Source: an uncultured Actinomycetes bacterium | GTDB lineage: Bacteria; Chloroflexota; Dormibacteria; Aeolococcales; Aeolococcaceae | Direction: 5' to 3' | Length of the DNA: 64,000 nt | NCBI GenBank assembly: GCA_964499205.1 | Contig: CAZCJX010000005.1 | Location: 1,205 to 65,204 of the forward strand | Shown here: positions 56,908 through 64,000 of the stretch, in pieces | How the letters are laid out: every line of letters begins with the position of its first letter | How positions within the stretch are numbered: position 1 is the first letter of the stretch | Notes under the pieces: model-generated | Seen by the model: the letters and a program-made list of their open reading frames with translations, nothing else | Database searches by the model: none | What the model was told of the DNA's origin: nothing | Program-made: the position numbers and the translations under genes

Positions 56908-58146
56908 ATGGCCGCCCGGCGCTCCGCCGTGGTGGTGGGCGCGGGCATCGTCGGGCTGGCGGCGGCCCGTGAGCTGCTCCTCCGGCACCCGGGCCTCGAG
57001 CTCACCGTGCTGGAGAAGGAGATGGACGTCGCCCGGCACCAGACCGGGCACAACTCCGGCGTCATCCATTCCGGCGTGTACTACGCACCCGGCTCGCTGC
57101 GGGCGCGCCTCTGCGTCGCCGGCGCGGCGGCGCTGGTCGCCTGGTGCGCTGAGCGCGGCGTGCCGGTGCAGCGGCGGGGAAAGCTCATCGTCGCCGTGCA
57201 CCCGCGCGAGCTGGCGCGGTTGGAGGAGCTGCGGCGGCGCGGCGAGGCCAACGGGGTGGCGACGCGCGTGGTCGGGCCGGAGGAGATGGCCGAGATCGAG
57301 CCGCACGTGGCCGGGGTGCGAGCGCTGCACGTGCCGAGCACGGCGACGGTGGACTTCGTGGCGGTGGCTCGGGCGCTGGCCGACGAGGTGCACCAGCGCG
57401 GCGGCCTGGTGCGGTGCGGGGTGCGCGTGCAGCGGATCGCGGGGTCAGCGGACGCCGGGGCCGACGCGGGCCGCACGCACGCGGTGGTGGAGACCGACCA
57501 GGGCGACTGGCTCGTCGACGCCGTGGTCGCCTGCGCCGGCCTGCAGTCCGACCGCCTCGCACGCGCCGCCGACGATCCCGACCCCGACCGCGACGCCCCC
57601 GCGGTGGTCCCCTTCCGCGGCGACTACTGGCTCCTCCGCCCCGACCGCGCCCACCTCGTCCGCGGCCTGGTCTACCCCGTCCCCGACCCCGCCCTCCCCT
57701 TCCTCGGCGTCCACGCCACCCGCCGTGCCGACGAGCAGGTCTGGCTCGGCCCCAACGCGGTGCCCGCCCTGGCTCGCGAGGGCTACCGCCGCGGCGCCAT
57801 CGACCGCGACGACCTCCGCGACATGGCCCGGGACACCCGCCTCCTCCGCCTCATGGCCCGCCACTGGCGCGCCGGCGCCGTCGAGCTGGCCCGCGACCGC
57901 AGCCCGCGCCTGCTGGTCCGCGCCCTGCGCCGCTACCTCCCCGAGCTGAGCGTTGCCGACGTCCAGCCCGGCCCGTGCGGCATCCGCGCCCAGGCGGTCA
58001 CCCGCGACGGCCGCATGGTCGACGACTTCGTGCTCAGCCGCGCCGGCCGCACCCTGCACGTGCGCAACGCGCCAAGCCCCGCCGCCACCGCCTGCCTGGC
58101 CATCGCCGCGCGCATCGCCGACGAGGTCGAGCCGCTGCTCGCCTGA
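56908..58146 (+). CDS. lhgO: L-2-hydroxyglutarate oxidase
   Basis: GAGIVG, HQTGHNSGVIHSGVYY, YPVPDP.LPFLGVH, GIRAQA, NAPSPAAT. Confidence 0.92.
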   Translation: MAARRSAVVVGAGIVGLAAARELLLRHPGLELTVLEKEMDVARHQTGHNSGVIHSGVYYAPGSLRARLCVAGAAALVAWCAERGVPVQRRGKLIVAVHPRELARLEELRRRGEANGVATRVVGPEEMAEIEPHVAGVRALHVPSTATVDFVAVARALADEVHQRGGLVRCGVRVQRIAGSADAGADAGRTHAVVETDQGDWLVDAVVACAGLQSDRLARAADDPDPDRDAPAVVPFRGDYWLLRPDRAHLVRGLVYPVPDPALPFLGVHATRRADEQVWLGPNAVPALAREGYRRGAIDRDDLRDMARDTRLLRLMARHWRAGAVELARDRSPRLLVRALRRYLPELSVADVQPGPCGIRAQAVTRDGRMVDDFVLSRAGRTLHVRNAPSPAATACLAIAARIADEVEPLLA

Positions 58147-58171
58147 CCGGCACCGCCGCGCGCCGAGCCGG

Positions 58172-58396
58172 TCAGTCCTCGCGCGCCTCCCACCACTGGC
58201 ACCACCAGTCGTCGCCGACCAGGATCTCCAGCTTGGGGTGGTCGCAGTAGGCGATCTTCTTGTATTCGCCGACGAAGTAGCGGCAGTTGTCGCAGCGCTG
58301 GTCGCCGCTGGGAGAACCCTTCAGCTTGGCCTCGCGGATCAGGGCCTGGAGCTGCTGGTTCTCCTGCTCCATCAGCTCCTCGCGGCTGGCGCTCAC
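58172..58396 (-). CDS. HiPIP-like four-Cys mini-protein B (74 aa)
   Basis: CDNCRYF...YCDHPKLEILVGDDWWCQWWE; GTGA overlap with paralog A. Confidence 0.75.
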   Translation of the reverse strand: MSASREELMEQENQQLQALIREAKLKGSPSGDQRCDNCRYFVGEYKKIAYCDHPKLEILVGDDWWCQWWEARED

Positions 58397-58620
58397 CCCT
58401 CGTCCTCCACCGGCTCCCACCACTGGCACCACCAGCGCTCCCCAACCAGGATGCGCAGCTTCATGTGGTTGCAGTAGGCGATGTCGCCGATGCCGACGTA
58501 GTAGCGGCAGGTGCCGCACTTCTCGTCGTCGTAGGGCATGCCCTGCAGGATGCTGTCCTCGATCTTGTAGATCAGCAGCCGGTGCTTGTCGTCGACGGGC
58601 GTGGGGTACTGGCTGGACAT
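58393..58620 (-). CDS. HiPIP-like four-Cys mini-protein A (75 aa)
   Basis: CGTCRYY...YCNHMKLRILVGERWWCQWWE. Confidence 0.75.
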   Translation of the reverse strand: MSSQYPTPVDDKHRLLIYKIEDSILQGMPYDDEKCGTCRYYVGIGDIAYCNHMKLRILVGERWWCQWWEPVEDEG

Positions 58621-58681
58621 GGTCGCGGCCAAGCGTAGCGAAACGAGGTGGGGCGGCTGGGACAGGGCATGATGGGCGGCG

Positions 58682-59851
58682 ATGTACGACGTGGTGGTCG
58701 CCGGCGGCGGCCCGGCCGGGCTCAGCACCGCGCTCAGCGCCGCCCGCGAGGGCATGAGCGTCGCCGTGCTGGAGCGCGAGGGCGCCTTCGGCATCCCCAC
58801 CCGCACCAGCGGCGGCACCTTCCTCGCCGACATGCGCCGGCTCGGCGTGCCCGACCGCCTGCTCAACCCCATCCGCCGCGTCCGCTTCCTCGGGCCAACC
58901 GCGGCCACCGAGGTGGTCCTCGACCCGCCGGTGGTCGGCGTGCTCGACGTGCGCGGGCTCTACCAGTGGCTGGCCGAGCGGGCCGCCGAGGAGGGCTGCG
59001 AGCTGCACCTGCGCTCCACCGTGACCGGGGTGGAGACGCGGCCCGACGGGGTGGTGGTCAGCGTGCGGGGGCACGGCGGCGAGTGGCGCGCGGCGGCGCG
59101 CTACGCGGTGGACGCCACCGGGGTGGCCGCGGTGCTGAGCAGGGCGAGCCGGCCGTCCTTCGTGCGCCGTGGCGTCGGAGCCGAGCTCGACGTGGCCGCG
59201 CCCGGCTTTCCCATGGACACCTGCTGGCTGATCATGGGCAGCAGCGTGGCGCCGTCGGGATACGGCTGGGTCTTCCCCTACCGCGAGGGACGGGTGCGCG
59301 TCGGCGTCGGCGTGCTCCGGCCCGACGCGGATGCCGACCCGCGCGACCACCTCGACGCGCTGATGGCCCTGCCCGAGCTCCGCGCCGTGCTCGGCGCCGC
59401 CCAGCCGGTCGAGGTGCACGCCGGCCTCATCCCCGCCGAGCCGCTGCGCTCGGCGATGGTCGCGCCGCGGCTGCTGGCAATCGGCGACGCCTCGGCGCAG
59501 GCCTCGACGCTGGTCGGCGAGGGAATTCGCTTCGTGATGCGCGCCGGCACCGGCGCCGGGCGGGCCGTGGCCGAGTCGGTCAGGCGCGGCGACGACACCC
59601 CGCTGCGCGCCTTCGACGACGCCTGGCGCGCCCGCCACCGCCGCGACTTCGCCGTCGCCTACCGGCTCAGCCTGAGCATGGCCCGCTTCGGCGACGCCTC
59701 CTGGGACCGCGCGGTGTGGGCGATCGGGGAGCTGCCGCCCTGGTTCGTCGCCGAGGCGCTGAGCACGCGCTTCCGGCCGGCGGCGATCGCGCGGATGGTC
59801 GCCACCCACCCCGGCGTGATGCGACGCGTGCTGCGCGCCGCCCGGGGCTGA
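58682..59851 (+). CDS. Geranylgeranyl reductase-family FAD oxidoreductase
   Basis: GGGPAG, APSGYGWVFP, IGDAS...GEGI. Confidence 0.85.
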   Translation: MYDVVVAGGGPAGLSTALSAAREGMSVAVLEREGAFGIPTRTSGGTFLADMRRLGVPDRLLNPIRRVRFLGPTAATEVVLDPPVVGVLDVRGLYQWLAERAAEEGCELHLRSTVTGVETRPDGVVVSVRGHGGEWRAAARYAVDATGVAAVLSRASRPSFVRRGVGAELDVAAPGFPMDTCWLIMGSSVAPSGYGWVFPYREGRVRVGVGVLRPDADADPRDHLDALMALPELRAVLGAAQPVEVHAGLIPAEPLRSAMVAPRLLAIGDASAQASTLVGEGIRFVMRAGTGAGRAVAESVRRGDDTPLRAFDDAWRARHRRDFAVAYRLSLSMARFGDASWDRAVWAIGELPPWFVAEALSTRFRPAAIARMVATHPGVMRRVLRAARG

Positions 59852-59869
59852 GCGCCCGCGCTCAGCGGG

Positions 59870-60457
59870 TCAGCCGATCGACACCACCTCGACGTCGAAC
59901 ACCAGCGTGGAGTTGGCGGGGATGGTGGGCGGGTAGCCCTGGGCGCCGTAGCCCAGCGCGGGCGGGATGATCAGCCGGCGCTTGCCGCCGACGCGCATGC
60001 CCGGGATGCCCTCCTCCCAGCCCTGGATGACCTGGTGCTGGCCCAGGGTGAGCGGGAAGGGGCCCCGGCCCGCCTGCCGCGAGGTGTCGAAGCGCACCCC
60101 GGTGGACTGCAGCCAGCCCGTGTACTGCATGGTCACCTTGTCGCCGGTCTTGACCACCGGGCCGGTGCCGACGGTGATGTCGCCGTACTGGAGGCCGTCG
60201 GGCTGGTCGGTGCTGATGCCGACCAGGCGGCAGAAGTTGTCGTCGTTGGGGCCGGGCTGGGGGCTCTGGGTGCAGGTGCCGGTGCTGCTCGACCCGGCGC
60301 TGGTCGACTCGCTGCCGCTGGTGCAGGTGGACGCGGCGGCGCCGACGGGGCAGCCCGAGGCGGCGGGCGCACCCTCGCCGTTGGCGCCGCAGGCGGCGAG
60401 CAGGACAGTGGCGAGAAGGCCGAGGAGCAGGCCGGAGCGGCGCAGGGCGGAAATCAT
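59870..60457 (-). CDS. FKBP-type peptidyl-prolyl isomerase, lipoprotein
   Basis: LLAAC lipobox, YTGWL, FDTS, VIQGWEEG, IPPALGYG, IPANSTLVFDVE. Confidence 0.92.
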   Translation of the reverse strand: MISALRRSGLLLGLLATVLLAACGANGEGAPAASGCPVGAAASTCTSGSESTSAGSSSTGTCTQSPQPGPNDDNFCRLVGISTDQPDGLQYGDITVGTGPVVKTGDKVTMQYTGWLQSTGVRFDTSRQAGRGPFPLTLGQHQVIQGWEEGIPGMRVGGKRRLIIPPALGYGAQGYPPTIPANSTLVFDVEVVSIG

Positions 60458-60625
60458 GGCGGTGCATGGTAGCGGCAGGCGGCCGGCCCGCGACTGCACT
60501 CCGCTCTTGATCGACTGTTGACGGCGTTGCGACGGATGGCCCCCCGAAGCCCCGTACAATTGCGCCCTGTGCCCGGGCGACCGGGCCCGTGTGCCTGTTT
60601 CGCCTGTACCGGGAGCTGTTCGGCC

Positions 60626-60826
60626 ATGGCCAACAACATCAAGGAGTCCAAGGGAGTCAACTCCCAGAAGGACATCATCACCAACGTCCGCTGCCCCGTC
60701 TGCAACAACCTGATGCGGCAGAACGAGATCAGCGTGGAGATCGCCTTCCGCCACACCCGCAAGCCGGGTGAGCCCAAGCGGGAGCGCATCGTCAAGCACG
60801 CCCGCAACTGCGGGAAGGCGGCCTGA
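60626..60826 (+). CDS. 66-aa basic zinc-binding protein
   Basis: CPVC...HARNC; GGAG RBS; strongly biased codons. Confidence 0.7.
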   Translation: MANNIKESKGVNSQKDIITNVRCPVCNNLMRQNEISVEIAFRHTRKPGEPKRERIVKHARNCGKAA

Positions 60827-60827
60827 T

Positions 60828-60867
60828 CCGCTGAGAATCCGCCCCCGGCCGCCGCGATTCTCAGCGG
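60828..60867. terminator. Inverted repeat after the small Zn protein
   Basis: CCGCTGAGAATC...GATTCTCAGCGG 12-bp stem, no U-tract. Confidence 0.45.
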
Positions 60868-60887
60868 TGGCCGGTGTGCCGGCTGCG

Positions 60888-60952
60888 GCGACGTGAAGTC
60901 GCCTACGCCGGCGGGTTCTTTCCGGGTCTGCGCGACGTGAAGTCGCCTACGC
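60888..60952 (+). repeat. Two exact 21-bp repeats, period 44 bp
   Basis: GCGACGTGAAGTCGCCTACGC at 60888 and 60932. Confidence 0.85.
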
Positions 60953-61120
60953 TCGCCGGCTCTCTGTCCGGGTTCCGCGTCTGCGGAGCGTGTAGCGCCG
61001 CAGTAACGCGGCGAGCACGAGTCGGATCGACGCGGAGAAGCGGCGCCGACCCGGTGCTAGCTTCGGATCCCAGGTGGGTGGGGCGCGCAGATTGCCCCCC
61101 GAACGGAGATCCGATCCCGC

Positions 61121-62455
61121 ATGCGCACAGCACTCGACAGCTTCATCAGCCTGCTCGGCGACAACCGGGACTACGTCCTGCTTGCCCTCGCCGTCCTCGT
61201 CCTGGTCGAGGGGGCGATCATCGTCCTCTGGGCGCGCCGGGCCATCCGGGTGCAGCGCCGTCTCGACGCGGCGCTGGCTGAGAGCGAGCGGGCCGGCGCC
61301 CGCGCCGCGGCCGCCGAGGCCAAGGCCAAGCAGCTTCCCCAGACGTATCGCGTCGCCGACGCGTCGCGCGACGAGCTCGCCGGCGGCGTCACCGTGCGCG
61401 ACGGCGAGCGCCAGGTGTACTCGGCGGGTGGACGGACCACTGCCCTTCCCCCGGCGCCCCCGGCGGCGCCCAACCGCATCGCCCCGGCCGCACCCGCCAC
61501 AGCCCCGACTGCCGCTGCCACACCGCAACCGGCCCACCCTGAGCAGCCCGCCGAGTACACCACCCCCGTCGCCGAGAAGGCCGCCGCCTGGGTGCTGCCC
61601 GAGGTGGCGGCGAGCCAGCCGGACGGCGCGCCCGCCGGCCACGCGCAGACGCCCACCGGCCACGCGCAGACGCCCGCAGGCCAGGCACAGCCGCCCGGCC
61701 TGCCCACCCCGCCGCGCCCGGTGCTCAACTGGTCGCCCGCGGACCTGGGTGGCGGGACTGCGCCCGCAGAGCCCACCCCCGCGCCCGCGGAGCTCATGCC
61801 CGCACCGGCGCCGCAAACACCGGCGCCGCAGACGCCGGCCCCCACCACCCTCGGCTGGTCGGGCAGCTCCGTCCCCGTCGAGCCCGCCCCCGACTTCGCC
61901 GTGATCAGCGACCCCGAGGCGCTGGCCAGCTTCGTCCCCGCCCCGCGCCCCTCCCACGCCAACGGCAACGGCAACGGCCACAGCCAGAGCAACGGCGTCA
62001 CCCATGCCGCCGTCGCCTGGGATATGGCCATGCTCGACAGCAACGACGACGCCGTCGACGACCTGCCCAGCACCGGCGACATCCTGCTGGTCGAGGACGA
62101 CCCCACCATCACCAAGCTCTACAAGGTGCTGCTGGAGAGCCGCGGCTACACCGTGCGCGTCGCCGCCGACGGCCTCGAGGGCCTCGACCGCGCCAACGAG
62201 AAGCGTCCCGACCTGGTGCTGCTCGACATCATGATGCCGCGCATGAACGGCATTGCCTTCCTGCAGGCGGTGCGCTCCAGCGCGCTGCGCGACCTGCCCG
62301 TGGTGGTGCTGAGCAACTTCATGGAGAAGCAGCTCGTCGACGACGCGCTCTCGCTGGGCGCGCTGGAGTACATGGTCAAGGCGCAGACGCGTCCCGAGGC
62401 GCTGGCCGGTGCGCTGCCGCACTGGCTGCGCGGCGAGCGCGCCTTCACCTCGTAA
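61121..62455 (+). CDS. Membrane-anchored receiver-domain protein
   Basis: N-terminal TM, Pro/Ala-rich linker, C-terminal REC (LLVEDD, LLDIMMP, YMVK). Confidence 0.85.
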   Translation: MRTALDSFISLLGDNRDYVLLALAVLVLVEGAIIVLWARRAIRVQRRLDAALAESERAGARAAAAEAKAKQLPQTYRVADASRDELAGGVTVRDGERQVYSAGGRTTALPPAPPAAPNRIAPAAPATAPTAAATPQPAHPEQPAEYTTPVAEKAAAWVLPEVAASQPDGAPAGHAQTPTGHAQTPAGQAQPPGLPTPPRPVLNWSPADLGGGTAPAEPTPAPAELMPAPAPQTPAPQTPAPTTLGWSGSSVPVEPAPDFAVISDPEALASFVPAPRPSHANGNGNGHSQSNGVTHAAVAWDMAMLDSNDDAVDDLPSTGDILLVEDDPTITKLYKVLLESRGYTVRVAADGLEGLDRANEKRPDLVLLDIMMPRMNGIAFLQAVRSSALRDLPVVVLSNFMEKQLVDDALSLGALEYMVKAQTRPEALAGALPHWLRGERAFTS

Positions 62456-62519
62456 CCCCGCGGGGCGGGCCAGGCCAACCGGCGGCCACGACGGTCGCGA
62501 TGACTAGACTGGCTCGACG

Positions 62520-63173
62520 ATGGCCGTGGAGATCCCCCTCTTCGAGCTGGGCGTCGTGCTCTTCCCGCACATGCCGCTGGGGCTGCACGTGTTCGAGGAG
62601 CGCTACCGCGCCATGCTGCGCGACTGCGAGGAGCAGGGCATCGGCTTCGGCGTCGTCGGCATCCGCGAGGGCGTCGAGGTGGGCGGCGGCGCCGTCGCCT
62701 ACGACGTCGGCACGCTGGCCCAGATCCGCCGCCTGGAACGCCTCGACGACGGGCGCGCCAACCTGCTGGTCACCGGTGCCACCCGCTTTCGCGTGGTGCG
62801 CCGCATCAGCGATCGCCAATACCCAGCAGGCGAGGTGGAGTACCTGAGCGACGCGGCCGGCGACGAGGCGGCGATGCAGCGCCTCGCCGCCGAAGTGCTG
62901 CCCGCCTTCCGCCGCTACGTCGCCTCGCTGCAGCAGCTCTCCGCGCGCGACCTGCCGGCGCTCGACGAGCTTCCCGACGACCCCGAGCTGCTCGGCTACC
63001 TCGTCGCCGCAGCGCTGCAGATCGAGACGGCGCACAAGCAGCGCCTGCTCGAAGCCGACTCGACGCAGCGGCGCCTGGCCATGTGCGCCGAGCTGCTGCG
63101 CCGCGAGGAGGCGCTGCTGGAGCGCCGCCTGGCCCGCAGCAACCCGCGCATCGCCGGCATCTCGCCGAACTGA
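62520..63173 (+). CDS. LON peptidase substrate-binding domain protein
   Basis: IPLFELGVVLFP..PLGLHVFEERYRAML, FGVV, DGRANL. Confidence 0.9.
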   Translation: MAVEIPLFELGVVLFPHMPLGLHVFEERYRAMLRDCEEQGIGFGVVGIREGVEVGGGAVAYDVGTLAQIRRLERLDDGRANLLVTGATRFRVVRRISDRQYPAGEVEYLSDAAGDEAAMQRLAAEVLPAFRRYVASLQQLSARDLPALDELPDDPELLGYLVAAALQIETAHKQRLLEADSTQRRLAMCAELLRREEALLERRLARSNPRIAGISPN

Positions 63174-63214
63174 ACTGCCGCAGCCGCGGCGCGCGGCACG
63201 ACGCGCGAACGAGG

Positions 63215-64000
63215 TCAGAAGCGCGAGCGCCGTCCCCATACCCGCCCTCGCTGGAACGGGTTGGGCAACCGTCCGAGCACCAGCGCCGCCGCATATCCGC
63301 CGACCATCGCCGCCAGCAGCGAGGCCAGCCCGGCGACCAGCAGCGGCCGCGACCCTTTCCCACTGTTGTTGCCAGATGTGACGGCAACGGGCGCGGTCGT
63401 CGGGTGCGGCGTCGGCGACGGGGTGGACCGGGCCTCGGCGTGCAGGCTGATGTCGGTGGCCGCGTTGCCCGACACCGCGTGCACCACGGTGTCGCCCGGC
63501 TGGTCACCGGTGCGCACGGTCACCACCACCACGCCGGTGTCGCCGCTGTCCGCCTGGGCGGGGTCGACCGCCGCGCCGCTGCCCGGCGCCGAGGTGATGC
63601 TGAAGCTCACCGTGGCGTGCGGCACCGCGTAGGTGTCGCTGCCGCGCTGCGCCTCCAGGGTGGCCTGCACCAGCACCTCGCTGCCCGGCGCCGGCGGCGC
63701 CGAGGAGGCCAGCGCCAGCTGGATGGTCTGCACCTCCAGCGTCGGCGGCTGCGGCGGCGCACCGGGGCTGGGCGGGGGCAGGGTGGGCAGCGGCGTGCCG
63801 CCGGGCGGCACATATGCAGGCGCGGTCGATCCGGGCACCGCGCTGCGCGTCGGCGGCGGGTTGCTGGGCGGGGGCTTCGGCGTCGCCGACCTGGTCGGCG
63901 GTGGCGAGGTCGGCGGCGGCGGCGAGGGTTGGCAGGTGATCAGCGGCGGGGCGCACACCTGGGCCGCGGTGCGCACGGGCGCGGCGGGGCCGGTGGCCAC
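63215..64000 (-). CDS. Pro-rich surface protein with Ig-like (Big_1) domain and C-terminal anchor, 5' end off the window
   Basis: PHATVSFSIT...DSGDTG...GDTVVHAVSG, then TM and basic tail. Confidence 0.65.
   Translation of the reverse strand: MATGPAAPVRTAAQVCAPPLITCQPSPPPPTSPPPTRSATPKPPPSNPPPTRSAVPGSTAPAYVPPGGTPLPTLPPPSPGAPPQPPTLEVQTIQLALASSAPPAPGSEVLVQATLEAQRGSDTYAVPHATVSFSITSAPGSGAAVDPAQADSGDTGVVVVTVRTGDQPGDTVVHAVSGNAATDISLHAEARSTPSPTPHPTTAPVAVTSGNNSGKGSRPLLVAGLASLLAAMVGGYAAALVLGRLPNPFQRGRVWGRRSRF

Noticed and set aside
60888-60952. Possible mini-CRISPR array
   Set aside because: Only two repeats, the intervening segments resemble each other, and there are no cas genes in the window.

Overview
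High-GC bacterial chromosome segment. Gene style suggests a soil Terrabacteria lineage such as Ca. Dormibacterota, Chloroflexota or Actinomycetota (inference only). Bases 1-19.2 kb and ~55-64 kb hold ordinary chromosomal genes: GH15, a histidine kinase, thiO, MoxR-DUF58-transglutaminase, coaE, a CoA-transferase, PolX, galU, lhgO, a GGR-like reductase and FKBP. A tRNA-Glu(CTC) at 19213-19289 is followed by a 23.5-kb integrative, probably conjugative element (19284-42785). It carries a large serine recombinase, a Rep_trans/MOBT-like initiator with a candidate nick hairpin, FtsK, SSB, a PHP-ATPase (Ppl-like) defence insert, an actinobacterial-type VirB4/VirB6/pilin operon, a membrane-anchored ECF sigma/anti-sigma fusion with secreted partners, and two tandem RadC/JAB genes. 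The most striking signal is that the attachment site lies inside the recombinase gene. The integrated form ends in a 7-aa tail read from the antisense tRNA, whereas the excised circle would gain a different 28-aa helical tail stored at the far end of the element. The right junction looks like a complete attP followed by an 86-bp perfect copy of the integrase 3' end, probably a relic of a sibling element whose cargo may run to ~54.9 kb. A tandem pair of signal-less HiPIP-like mini-proteins sits at 58.2-58.6 kb. All family calls come from motif recognition by eye; no searches were run.
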